64,000 bases of DNA, from contig JAHRHZ010000122.1 of the NCBI GenBank assembly GCA_024137785.1, forward strand, positions 2,848,467 to 2,912,466, in the 5' to 3' direction. Below the pieces are notes generated by a model, which was not told where the DNA came from, did not search any database, and saw only the letters and a list, made by a program, of their open reading frames with translations. The stretch comes from Ginglymostoma cirratum (lineage: Eukaryota). Positions 38,206-51,121 of this stretch are shown piece after piece. The position numbers and the translations under genes were made by a program. How positions within the stretch are numbered: the stretch's first letter is position 1; every line of letters begins with the position of its first letter.

Positions 38206-39098
38206 CTTACGTATCTCTGTCCCCTCCTCTGGCCCCACAACCCTTCATGGTGTCTGAGCTGTTACACCACCACCGCCACCATCAGCACCCTCCTCCCCCC
38301 CTGCCCCCCCCGGGCCCCGGCCACCACCACCACCACCGCACCCCAGTTGCACTTTTCTGATTTTTAATCACTCCATTGTGATCTGTTTAAACCTCTCAAT
38401 TGTTCTTTCCTCCTTTAAGATGCTCCTTTCAGCTTAATTCTGTGATCGATGATTTATTCATCTGACCTCAGCTCTGCTAGCTTGGCTCAGTGTCAGATTT
38501 TGGTCTGCTGTGTTGCCGTCAAGTAGCATGGGATGTTATTTTTCAAAGCCACAATACAGATGGAGTTGCTGAAATGCCTAATTTGCCCTTTTAAACTGCC
38601 CTTTTCCCACCTCTGGCAGACTGTCCTCAGCAATACTACACCCCAGCATTAACCAGCTCAGTCTCCATGCGCAGTCCACCTTAGAATATACTGACAAAGA
38701 TAGTCAGGAAAAGACTTGTCCATTGGTCAGAGCGCTGTGTCTGGCCCTGGGCTCATTCCCTGTCTGTGCTGCACCTGATGGGAATTGTGTTAATTGCACT
38801 TTTCCTGGGTTACGTCGGGCAAAGATGTTGACTGATTTTGGGCATCATGGCTAGGATTGAGCCCTTCTCTAATGATGGTATTTAGACCTTCCTAGAATTG
38901 AATAAGGAAGGGAACTTCATATCAGGAAGTCTCACGATGCTGATTCGGGAAGTGGGGGATGGCGGGGGAGGTGGCAGGGAGAGAAAGAGCTCTGAGAAAG
39001 GTGTCAAGATTAGTGCTTGCGATGTTTCTAATGGTGCACTGCTTAAGTCTGGGGCTTCTGGTCTATGTCCTTTTGAAGTAAATGTTGTTATACCTCAG

Positions 39099-39195
39099 GG
39101 TAAAGTGGAGGCAGAGGCTGGCAAAGAAGACATGAAGTTTGAGACGGGACCCTTTTCCTACTATGGTACCATGGCCCTCAGCCCTCCCCCTTTGG
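39099..39195 (+). CDS. CNNM4: CNNM4 exon 5
   Basis: [32 protein letters not shown]; 97 nt. Confidence 0.95.
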
Positions 39196-39869
39196 GTAAG
39201 AACGTTTCTCTTTTTACCATAAGTTTACAGAAGATCAAAACTCACGAAACCCAGGAACGAGATGTTAGAGCAAATTACTGTAGATGCTGGAATATCTATT
39301 GAAAACAAACCATCGCTGGCTGTGACAGTGGGTAGGCAGCATCAATGGAGAGAAAGAAAACTAATGTTTTGACTCTAGATGACTCTGAAGTGTTATTCGC
39401 TTTCTGTCCACGAGATGTTAGAAATATGTAAACGGGGAACCTCTTGGCTTTTTGACCGTTCAAAGAAATCGTGGCTGATTTGTGTCATAACTCCATCTAG
39501 TCATTTTGGTTCAGTTATCCTTCACACTGTTGAGTAATGAAAATTTAAGTGACCCCACCATTCCCTCAGCCTTGACTTTGCAGATTGGGAGTTCCTGGTT
39601 TCTACCGTCATTTTAGGAGTGAAGGCTTTCTTCCTGGTTTCTTGCCCTGCAAGATGGCTCAGTAAGTAGTTACTCTTGCCATCTTGAGTCATATGTTTGT
39701 GCCATTAAATCCCATTGCAGTAACCTGAACACAGAACGGAGCCTGACACATTGAAGGGATCATAAAATGATTCAGTACAGCACAGGAGACGGCCATTCGG
39801 TCTGTTTGTGTCTAGCGCTGATTGTCCGCACGAGTGATTCACCTTGTCATTGAGGCATGGATTGTGACA

Positions 39870-40595
39870 TGAATTCTTCCAGCTGTCCAAGTGCCAGGCG
39901 GTGACCATCCAGCAAGAGAATTGAACTATCACCCCTTGATAGTCAATGGCATAACTATCGCTGAATTCCAGATGTCAATATCCTGGGGGTTTCTATTGAC
40001 CAGAAACTGAACTGAACTCTTCATACAAATACTGCAGTTACAAGAGCAGATCAGAGGCTGGGAATCCTGCAGCGAGTAACTCCCCTCCTGACTCCCCAAA
40101 GCCTGTCCCATCATTGACTAAGCACAAGTCAGGAGTGCGATAGGATAATCCCCACTTGCCGCAGATGGGCGCAGCTCCAACAACTCCAGAAGCTTGACAC
40201 CATCCAGGGACAAAGCAGCCCGCTTGATTGGCACCACATCTACTCCCCCCTCCACTGATGCTCAGTAGCAGCAGTTTGTACTGTCTACAAGATGCACTGC
40301 AGCAACAGACCAAGGCTCCTTAGAGAGCACTGTCAAAATCCACGAACACTTCCATCTCGAAGGACAAAAGCAGCAGATACATAGGAACATCACCCCCTGC
40401 AAGTTCCCCTCCAAGCAACTCATCATCCCACCTCTGAAATATATGGGCTGTTCCTTCCGTGTCGCTGGGTCAAAGTCCTGGAACTCCCTCCCTAATGGCA
40501 CTGTGTGGGTGCCCCTACAGCGCACGGACTGCAGTGGTTCAAGAAGAAGGCTCACCAACACTACCTTGGGAGCAGTTAGGACTGGGTAATAAATC
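39870..40595 (+). mobile_element. Non-LTR retrotransposon 3' fragment (CR1/Zenon-like)
   Basis: gcagctccaacaactccagaagcttgacaccatccagg family. Confidence 0.8.
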
Positions 40596-40924
40596 ATGGT
40601 TGTTCTGTCCAGGCGGCCCTTGATTTTGAAAACCTTTCAGATTTGGTCTTGAAGTCTCCTTCTCCAAGGACAGCAGTCTGAACTTCTCCTGTCTTGCCAA
40701 GTAACTGAAGTTCCTCATCCTTGGAACCATTCTCATCTGATACCTTGATGTTCCTGCTAAAAGTGGTGCCCAGAATTGGGTGCAGTACTCCAGCTGAGTC
40801 TGACTGTTATTTTATCCAGGTTTTGAAGGACTGGGGAGTTCACCCCAATGTCCTGTCCAATATTTGTCCTTTTTCCAACATGACATGGGACTGGGGAATA
40901 AAGATCTGGTTATCAGGATTAGAG

Positions 40925-41272
40925 CAGCATGATCGCTCAGTGGTTATCACTGCCGTCACAGTGCCAGGGACCTGCGTTCGATTTTACCCTTGGGCGATTG
41001 TGTGGAGTTTAAGTTCTCCCTGTGTCTGCATGAATTTCTTCTGTGTGCTACGGTTTGCTCCCACAGTCCAAAGACGTGCAGGTCAGGTGGGTTGGCCATA
41101 GCTAGTTGCTTTGTAGTATCCAGGGATGTGCAGTCCAGGTGGATTAGCCTTAGGAAATGTGGGGTTCCAGGGTGTCACTGGTGGCCTGGGTCTGGGTGGG
41201 ATGCTGTTTGGCAGGTCGGTCTGGGCTCGATGGGTTGAATGGCCTGCTTCCAGACGGTAGGGATTCTATGAT
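40925..41272 (+). mobile_element. HE1-type SINE
   Basis: gctcagtggtta.cactgc..tcacag head and gtagggattcta tail. Confidence 0.8.
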
Positions 41273-41537
41273 CCGGCTGCTGTTGCAGGGCTATTTGTGG
41301 GAGCCTGCTGAACACATTGTCTGCCATGTTTCATGCAGTAACCAAGCCTCAAGCAGTTTATACATGGTGAAATACTTAGAGGCACTGAAATAGCGAGAGG
41401 TTTTGTCGATGTGTCTGTTGCCTTCAATCCTTTCCTTGCTGAACACCAGTAAAGCGAATGCTTACCTCCTCGGGTTTTGTTCTGTGTAATCTATCTTTCT
41501 GTCTGCCTCTCTGCCTCTCTGCCTCTGCCTGTCCCAG

Positions 41538-41600
41538 TTCCCACCTCCAGGCTCCGTACTTGCAGCCTCAAACGGCCTTCCCTATTTTCTTGGTTCCAAG
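41538..41600 (+). CDS. CNNM4: Candidate CNNM4 cassette exon (VPTSRLRTCSLKRPSLFSWFQ)
   Basis: Long pyrimidine tract plus cag acceptor; consensus AAG|gtaagt donor; 63 nt; phase 1-1 and open in frame. Confidence 0.7.
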
Positions 41601-44600
41601 GTAAGTCTTGCATGGCTTTCCTAGTTTTTAGCTTTAACCTCTCCTGTTACCCTTCTGCCTGGAGAACGTGCGATCATGAGGGTAGGTCCATACTGCTGCC
41701 TTTCAGATGCCCTCGGACTTGGGAGATCATCACAGGCCATGGCTTTATCTTTGTGCCTTGCCCTCCTGGCGATTTAAATCTTTTCGTCTGTAACCTAACT
41801 TCTGTGCCCCTGAACCCAAATGCTCTGCTGTGTCCCTCTTAATCAAATCTGTCATCACCTTTCTCATCAAAACAGAAACAGCAGTTGATGTGTTCTTGTC
41901 AAATAATGCCACACCAGCAACTTTAATTTCCTCTCCCATATTCCTGGATCATTATCTATTCCTGTGACCATGTGCCTTGGCCCTGGTTAAGCTCTTCTGT
42001 CCTTGTCCTCCTTGATTCGTGTGCAGCGTTTGATTCAATTGACCACACTGTCCTCCGTGGTCATCCAGCTCTATCACAGTGTGTTCACCTGGTTTCATTC
42101 CTCGCTGTTCAATTCTAGCTGCAGTATCACCTGCAGTGGTATCACTTTCCGCTCCTGCATAGTTACCTGGTGGGTGGCTCCTGAGAACATATTCTTCTAT
42201 TTCTGAACTACCTGATGCCCCTGTACAGCATTGCCACTGCTAGCAGACAATGTCCGCATGTGCCCTGGTCGTATGCAACTTGACTTCTCTGTCGCCTCCC
42301 ACGACCTGTATGAGTTGTCTGGATTCAGTACTGGAAGAGCAGAAACCCTTTCACTAAGAAAGGCACCTCGAACTCAATCCCTCCCCACTTTTAAAAAAAA
42401 TACTAACTGCATATGTATACCTGTCTGTAACCTTCAGATTTTGTTAACAAAAAGTATCAATTTTGAGTTATAAATTAAACAAGTAATCTAATTCCTGTTT
42501 GAGGAAAAGAGTTCAAAACTTTTAGCATCCACTGTGTGAAGGAATATTAGAGATAGCAAGAACTGCAGATGCCGGAGGCAGAGTAAACAGTGTGGAGCTG
42601 GAGGAACACAGCAAGTCAGGCAGCATCAGAGGAACAGGAAAGTTGCAGTTTTGGGCCGGGACCTTCATCAGGACTCTGGTTCTGACGAAGGGTCCTGACC
42701 TGAAACACTGGTTTTCCTGTTCCTCTGCTGCCTAAAGGAATGTTACCTGATTTCACCGCTGAAAAGTCTGACTTTAACTGTGCCCCTCCACTTGCTCCTC
42801 CAACCAGCAGAAATAGTTTCTCTCTAGCTGTTCTCTTTAACTTGAAGTTAGAAAATTTGATGAAAATTTCATGGGAGTACAGTGTCAGTTTGTATAATCT
42901 CTTACTTAATGTTTACCGCCCAGATATGATACTGATGAAGCTACACTGTGATCCTTTCAAGTCCTTCCTAAAGTGTGGGATCCAGTACTGCTCACATCTC
43001 TCCTGGTGTGAAGGATCAGGCCCTTCCTGCCTGTATTCTGGGGTAAGGGAGGTTCTGAATTTGGCAAAAACCTCCACGTCAAGTCTTGAGGTAGTGATGA
43101 TCAATGGTTGCTGTTGTGGAAAGTAACTGTCATTGCTGATGATCCCTGTAAGCTGCACGATTGCAGAACCATGAGAATGGTGTAACAATGGGAACAATGT
43201 CTTCACCATTTCTTTTAAGATACGTGCATGCGCAGCTGTATGTCAATCTTGAGGAACTGTGTAGTGCAACGAGGATGAACACAACAAACAAACTGGAATT
43301 TGAATCGAGTACTCATCGGGACAAATGCAAGAATGCCAAACTGCAAATGGCAGTGATGGGCAGCATTTGCATAAACATCTCAGTATGTTGATAACAACCA
43401 AGTTGAGATAATCAGTTGAGCTTGTAGCATGTATGCTTGTTTAGTAATGACATTAGTTCAGGTTTAGGGACCTTTTCTTGGTAAACAAAGGAATGTGTTC
43501 CAGCTTTGTTCCTTTTCTGTTAATTCCTTGGCATGGGGTATCTATTCTAGAACTACCCAATGCTTTACCCATGACAATGCCTTGGTCAACCAGGTTTGTT
43601 GTTATTTGAAATTTGGCATTCTTGCATTTGACTTGATGAACACTCGGTTTTTGCAACATGTCTCTCACTCTTCAGTTTAGAATGAATTCCTTACTGGCAA
43701 TCTAATTTACCAACACTTCGCTCTCTCCGTCTCAAATGAACATTGCTTGTCATATCCATCCTACTGTGTATTCATGCCTTGGGAAGCTGATTCTTGTGAA
43801 ACTTGCACCTCTCTTATGGTTTCTGGGAGCCTCCAAACCCTTTCTTAGTCTGTTAGCTAAAAGAACAGCAATGAACAAGGTCATTATTTCCCAAGATTCA
43901 ATCTCCAAATAGCCTGGGTTTTGGAAAAGTTGGCTGAAATTGTTTAGCATTTGGCATCTTGTTATTGAAGGGTAGCTGTTCTGTGGTTGTGGTACCTAAA
44001 GAAAGGTGGTCTCTAATTCACCTCTGTTTGCACCTGCGTCGATTGCTTTGCTGTTTGTTCTCTGCAGGGGAGTGAGGTGCAGACATTTGCTACACTGCAT
44101 CCTTTAGAATAGACTTCACTGTTTAAAACAAATTCCAGCATGTTTTGTAATCGCGTGGTGATTTCTCTATAGTCCTTGATCGCAAGGGTTTTGTTGTGCG
44201 AAAGACCGTCAAAATTAAAGAGAGCAAAAAGAGGAGAAAATCTGACCAGTGATTAAGCTAACGTGCCAGAACACACTGAAGGTGGGAAGAGCCAAGACTG
44301 CTCAGGAGTTTAAGGTTCTGCGGATACAGAACAACTGTAAGGACACATGCTGAATGAGGATGGAGGGCAGAGGAAGCCAGTGTTGGATGATGTCTAAAGA
44401 GTGCTAGCACTAATAACACTGAGTCATAATCTGCAACATCTTTGGGCATGCTTTGCACTAATTACTGTTCATCTGCACTGCATGCGGTGAAAGATTTGTT
44501 TCCTGTGTGCGTCTGTCATTCTCGAGCAAGATCTGGTCACCCAAACTGTGACTGACTGTTCTGCTGTGTAGACCTGTCCAGAGTTACACTACCTATTTCA

Positions 44601-44636
44601 GACACTGATTCTTTTCTGCCCTCTGTTTCTCCTCAG

Positions 44637-44797
44637 AAACCCGACCATCCTCTCGCACCAGTGAGCTGAGTCGCTCTGTCTCACTGAGCTACGCAGAGCG
44701 CTCAGAATCTACGCTGTCCGTCGTCTCACCCACCCCCTCGACGCACTATGTTCCGGATTTCTCTGTGAGGGCGCTGACTGACCTGCAGTACGTCAAG
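44637..44797 (+). CDS. CNNM4: CNNM4 exon 6
   Basis: ETRPSSRTSELSRSVSLSYAER..YVPDFSVRALTDLQYVK; 161 nt. Confidence 0.95.
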
Positions 44798-45689
44798 GTA
44801 AGAGGTCTCTGGGTTGGGCGGCAACAAAGGGAGCTATTTAGCCCCTCGAGCCTGTGCCTGCCCTTCTGATAGGGTGAACCACTTTGACCCATACCTCTTG
44901 CTGTTTCTGATGATCCTGCACATTTTTCCCCTCAGGTATTTGTCCAACCCTGTTTTTCAAGTTACTGTTGGAATCTGATCCTGCTACCACATTATTATAG
45001 TTTCGTGTTTACTCACAAGTGACTGATCCTCCTGCCTATGTCAACAATTTCTCCCTAACTGCATCAATGTGTTTAATGGTCTTATTTTGCGTATTTGTCA
45101 TAAATTTGCCTTTAGCCATCTCCACTCTAGGGAGAGCGATCACAAATTCTCTCGTCTGGACATGCAAGTGAGATCCCTGGTCTCTTATATCATCTGGAAC
45201 TCCCCATCTCCCCTTCTCAAAGTCTTTGATAACGTTCACACAGTGTGGTACCCAGAACTTGTATTTGAAGTCTAATTGGTTTTACTCCTGTTTTTCTTCA
45301 CCCTTTAAATAGACCCATGCAGTGTTAGCACTATGAATATAAAATAATTTAATGTGGGTTAATTCAGCATGTACTTCGTGGATAATCAGAGTCCTTTCTA
45401 CTGTCCCCCACTTCTTTTGGTGACAACCAGGCTCCCGCAGTCCTTTGATCCAGCCATCACCCAACCCTGTTCACCCAGACACAGCCCAAGGCATGGGAGA
45501 GCTCCATTGAAATTAGCACCTTGAACCATTGAACGATTACAGTGCAGAGGAGGCCACTTGCACTCCCTGCCTTTCTGTGCAGTCCCAAAATCAGACTGCA
45601 CAATGTTCAGCATTATTCCTTTCAAAGCACTCTCTGCCCATGCGCAACTAAACCTGGGTAATATTAAAGTTTGGTTTAGTAAGAGGCAG

Positions 45690-46340
45690 CCAATAATTGC
45701 ACTCTGCCGTTGTCAGGTGATGATCATATCCGACAAGAATGAATCTAACCATTGCCCCTTTATATTGAATGGTACTACCATCAATGAATGTCCCACTATC
45801 AATAGGCCAGGAACTGAGTGGAGCAAACTACAGTATGTTTAGAATCCTGCAGCAAGTAACTCGCTTCCTGATTCTCCGCATCCTGTCCAACCACCAGCAA
45901 GGCACAAGTCAGGGGTGTGATGGAATACTCCCCACTTGCCCTGAAGGGGAATAGCTCCAACAATACTCCAGAAGCTTGACACCATCCAGGACAAAGCAGC
46001 CCATTTGATTGGCACCACATCCACAAACATTAACTCCCTCCACCACCGACACTCAGCAGCAGGGTGTACCAGGTACAAGATGCACTGCAGAAATTCACAC
46101 AGTCGTCTTAGACAGCGCCTTCCAAACCCGTGGCCATTACCAGCTAGGAGGCCAAGGGTAGAAACTAAATGGGACCGCCACCCTCTGCAGCCCCACACCA
46201 TCCTGACTTGGAAATATATCATTGTTCCCTCAGTGGGTATAGCCTGGAACTCCCTCCCTAACATCATTCAAGACATGGGTCCACCGTCACCTTCTCCAGG
46301 ATAAGTCGGCAATAAATGCTGGCCAAGCCAGAGAATCCTG
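45690..46340 (+). mobile_element. Non-LTR retrotransposon 3' fragment (CR1/Zenon-like)
   Basis: IGTTSTNINSLHHRHSAAGCTRYKMHC. Confidence 0.8.
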
Positions 46341-47207
46341 CTCCCCGATGGTTTAGGATTGGGGCTGCAATACTACTCAAAACCAGCCTGTGGCACTGCT
46401 GTGTAGCAATTGTTATTGAAGCTCAGCAGCTCCCCCACAAGGTGTTTGCATGGTATTGCTGCTGTTGATCATCAGCTATTGTGCTGACTGACCGAGAATA
46501 TAGTTTCATTGACTGCAGAGGATTTATAAGCTGGGCGTGGTCCTGAAATATGCAATCGTAAAAAAAAAAAAAAAAAAAGCCACCTGGTATTGCAGAGAAC
46601 GGGTAACAGGTCTGGCACCCTCTTTGGAGAGAAGTAAAAACAGCGAGTGTTTCAGGCCAGTAAGCTCGCATCACGATGGCACAAATTCTGCTTTTTGCTT
46701 TATTGTTTCATGAGGTGCAGGCAACATTCCTTCTAGGCTGTTTGTGCATGCAGGTGCTCTGAGGCTGTGCACATGGTATTGGTATGCCGATCGTGGCATT
46801 GATTTCTGGTTCTGGAGGTGGGTGCCACAGTCCTTTGCCAAACCGTAGTTACCCTTTGGCTGTCAGAGTCAACCACATTGTTGTGTGTCTGGAGTCACAT
46901 GTACGGCAGACCAGGTATGAACAGACTTCCTCATCTTTAAAGATAAGTGGTCTGGATGTTTTTAATCATAAAAACCTTAAATTGCAGTTTTTATTGATTG
47001 GAATTCAAATTTCTCCCCTTATCCCCCAGCTGCCGTGATGGGATTTGAACCCATATTTCTAGAGCATTAACCTGAGCTTCTGGATTACAGGTCTGGTCAC
47101 CATAGCGTGTACGCCTCATGCCAACTCTCTGGCGTGTTTTTGTGCTCTGCCAATTTGGTTATTGTGTGAATGGCTGCAGTTAATTCATTCTTTGTTGAAA
47201 TGATCAG

Positions 47208-47405
47208 GTGACACGGCAGCAGTACCAGAATGGGTTACTGGCGTCAAAGATAGACAGCACTCCACAGTCCCCGGACAACCCCCACACAAAAGTCGACATC
47301 AAACTGGAGAAACCTGAGACTATAGCAGACGAAACCACGGACCTTCTGAACGAGCAGAACTCTTTGAACCGTAATTTGAACCACACTTTGGAAAACAGTA
47401 TATGA
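47208..47405 (+). CDS. CNNM4: CNNM4 terminal exon
   Basis: VTRQQYQNGLLASKIDSTPQSP..ETTDLL..ENSI*; dileucine motif; spliced total 774 aa. Confidence 0.95.
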   Translation: MTRQQYQNGLLASKIDSTPQSPDNPHTKVDIKLEKPETIADETTDLLNEQNSLNRNLNHTLENSI

Positions 47406-47492
47406 CCCTACGCCACGATGCCTGGAGGGTCGAGACTCTGCTCTTGGGGCATTTAAAACAGTTCCTGCGAACAATCACAGTGCAATCTTTTT

Positions 47493-47496
<4 letters not shown>

Positions 47497-47531
<35 letters not shown>
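47497..47531. repeat. (GT)n microsatellite in the CNNM4 3'UTR
   Basis: Direct reading. Confidence 0.95.
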
Positions 47532-47534
<3 letters not shown>

Positions 47535-50500
47535 CGCGCATGGGGATGAAAGGGGAACAATACGACACAAGACAACTCGGGCCTGTCTAGTGAACGACTG
47601 ATTCGCTACAGCCATGCAAGCCGGAGTCAGCATGAGGACAAAAAGACAAGACTGCTGAAAACACCCCCCAACCCCAGAGTGGAATCTTCGACAGCCATCT
47701 CTTCTCCTCCTGGCAAGTGAACCTTTCAATGTCGAATAAGGGCAGGACCACGCGTCTTTGGCTGGTTGCCAATTATCTTGGACCGCTTCGAATGAGTTTT
47801 GGCTGTGCATTGCTGGGTAGCGTTTCAGCTCTCACCCTGGGTTAGTGTACACTAAACACCCACTCCCCAGCCCCCCTTCTCCAGATTGTCGTTTCCCCAT
47901 CTCGGTCCCAAACTAACCTTTCAGCCTTCGTTCCTTTGTACATTTTGACTATTGGTAGGTGGCAGAGGAAATTTTGCTGCTATTACAGTGCACAGATAAG
48001 TCACTTCACTTTACATTATGGGCTGAAACGACCTGTAGCAGTTCAACTATCTTGGGGGGCAGTAGCAGTGTTTGGGAAGTGGTTATTTATAACTAGTTTA
48101 ATTTCATCCTGAGGTGATTCCGTGTTTCATGTCTGCCAATGTCTTTCCTTCAGTGTGGTTAAACCCTGAACAGCCGGTAGGTGGGACCTGGTGAATATAG
48201 CCCTCACTTGACACTGACCTTCTGTTGGTTCCCTGCTTGTCCGTCAGCATTTAACCAGAAGATGGAGAATTGCCAAAAGAAGCTGCGTTAGTTCAGGATC
48301 TCTGCGCACTTTTATCCTGTGATCGGGTCTTTTGTGACCCTGATCTACTTTGACCTAAAGTGGCGTGGCTGAGCAAACAGCATCTCAATAGCCTGGAAGT
48401 ATTGTTATCCAGAAACTAGAGAAAGCTTCAGTTCATTGCCACATCTGTTGGAATTTGTAGAGTGGGGAATGAAGTTGGGACACAGATGAAATATTCTAGA
48501 ATGATAAGTCTTGTGTTCACTGCATGTCTGATCCAATTCAATTCTTGGAACTGGGGTTTACATAAATTAGGAAATTTGAAGTTTTAAGTATTAACAATGT
48601 GTATTCTGGGTGGGGATCCGTTCCTGATACCCTCAGCCATGCATAACCATGCTTCAGGTACATAGCTGTCAATCACATTAATCATAAGCCCTTGAGCTGT
48701 CACCCAATGCCAGGTGACTTGTGCAGGTACACTGCTGTACAGGTCGTACAATATCCAGAAATTCCTTTTTGGGTCAGTCCAGCAGAAAGTGCTGAGAGTC
48801 AACAAGTTGCATCTGCTGCAGGGAGAACACGTCAGTGCTTTGAATACAAAACCTTCACTTGAACTGGTAGCTGTTCGTTCTCGGTAGTTTTCAACTGAAG
48901 GAAGTGCTGTCTGGTCAGTTTGGTCCACAGATCAAACTTGTCCTGTGCGTGTCGTCTTTTTTTTTCTTGTGAGAGGGTTTTGTTTTTAAGTTACTCCAAC
49001 CTTGCTGCAAAGTTCAGATCAATTTCCAAAGTGCACGTCCCTGTTTGTATGTTGGTCAGAGCTGCTGATAAGTAATTCTTCCAAACATACATTGTGAAGT
49101 AACTCCACTTGTCGATGAATCTTTCTGGGCCAGGGATGGGAGGTTATCAAGTGCATAGTCTAGAAGTTGTAACAATCCTCACCAACTCCATTGGCTGGCA
49201 CCAGCTAATCTTTTTTTTTATAACAATTTATTTCTAGATCTCTAAGAGATTGACTGAAGGGACAAACTTGGGGGTCACCTCCATACTGCCAGGCCACACC
49301 TTTGTGCTATCGTTCGTGACTATTGGGGCTAACAGAAAAGCTTATCTGTTTATTCTGATTAATTTGTAATGTGATATCTTACTCTTGGTTTATTTATTAT
49401 TGGCCCTTGCTTTCTAATTGCACTCTGGGCAGCCTTTCTGATGGATCTCATTTTCTTGAGACTTTTTTTAATTGTTTACAGTTGGTTTGCAATATGCTGG
49501 TCAAGGTGCAGTCTGCTTTCGAAGTTGGTTTGCCCAGAGTCGTCTCTGTGAATTAAACAAGTCCCTTTTTTAAAATGGTGACCGGCTTGACTTTCAAATT
49601 GCTTTTCTTCGGAGACTCCCAGTTTGCCTCAGCTTGTAAATACACTGCCTCGTGTGCACCCCTGGTCCCAAACTGAGGAGATTGCTGGAGAAACTTGGCA
49701 GGTCTGGCAGCACCTGAAGCAGAGTTACCATTTCATGTCTAGTGTCCCTTCTGTAGAATACAAGAAGGGTCACTGGACTTGAAGTGTTAACCCCATTTTT
49801 GTCTCTCCACAGATGCTTCTAGACCCCCTGTGATTCTGCAGCAATTTGTTTAATCAAACTCTGATTGCTGTACAGAGAGTCCAGCAGCTGGAGCCTGTCA
49901 GGCCAGCCCTGCTGCGAAGGGCTTGTGTACAAACTGAGAGGATGGGACTGGGATCTGTTGAGGTGCCCAGTGTAGTCAAACAGGCAATTTAGAGGGCTGA
50001 CACAATAACAAAGACTATTTCCACCAAAAAGCTACATAGAGTTGACCTCATCGCATGTGATCACTTGTATAATCATTTCCATTATTACATTCTGTTGTAG
50101 AGTCTCAACAGTCTTTGCAAGGAGTTTCCCTCCTTGTATTGTTTAACATCCTGTTGGTATTAAACAGCTTTACAATTTGTTCTTCCCTGGGGGAGTGCAG
50201 GATATTTAAATCTTTTAAAATAAAGCACACACTGAAATGGCAATCCATTTTTCAGAATGTACTTTTTTACAATCCTTTTTTAAATATAAATCTGTATATG
50301 AAAATGTATTTTTGAGGTTGACAGTAAGAATCAACCTTAAAACAGTCATTTGCGTTGAGGGGGAACGTGGGGGAGCAAGGAGGGGGCTTGCATCCTCCGC
50401 CTCTTGACTGCTTTTACAGAAATAGGCAATTTTTTAAAAAGAAAGTCCAGGAGGGGGGATGTGTGATGAAATAATATTTTATTATTTCACCACTTGGTGC

Positions 50501-51112
50501 TGAATACCAGCAATAATTATAGCTCCAAAATATTGCAGTCTTCCCAGGCCGTCTTCCATGATTGTGGGTAATGTTCCTCTAATTCTGCATGTTCAGGGGT
50601 CATTTTGAATTAAGAAATCTGATTGAGCTCTGATCGGTGACACTCCATTGTAGACCATATTTATTTGGCAATAAGATGTTGTTTGTATATTTGATTTTTT
50701 TTTTTCCATGACCTGTTTGCATTAGTATCCTGTCTAATGTCTTTTTGAACCAAACACTTGAAAACTTTTATGTCTGTGTGTCTCCTGAGCGTTTTCGAAC
50801 CAATTCCCTGTTCAAGTCGTGCACTTTCTGATGTTTTAAATAAGGTGATTAAATGCCGAATGTGTCTCTCTCCATGACTGGTTCATTGCTGACTTTTGCC
50901 AATGTAAACTAAAGTTTTTATCCGTGACCAGCAGGTTTGTTTTATTTCCTTCTCCCTCTCACTACTTTCAAAACAGATGTGTCAAAAGACCTGTAAAATG
51001 GAGATTCTTTGTAAGCGGGAGAGTCAATCCAGTTTCCTTATCGTCGTGGTGCATGTGGTCACCATGTGTAATGCGATTTCTTTGGATTTTGGGGGAGCGT
51101 ATTCTATATTTC

Positions 51113-51121
51113 TGTATTAAA
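51113..51121 (+). terminator. Candidate CNNM4 distal polyA signal (TGT-ATTAAA)
   Basis: End of a U-rich UTR-like tract with GU-rich downstream sequence; alternative AATAAA at 50219. Confidence 0.45.
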
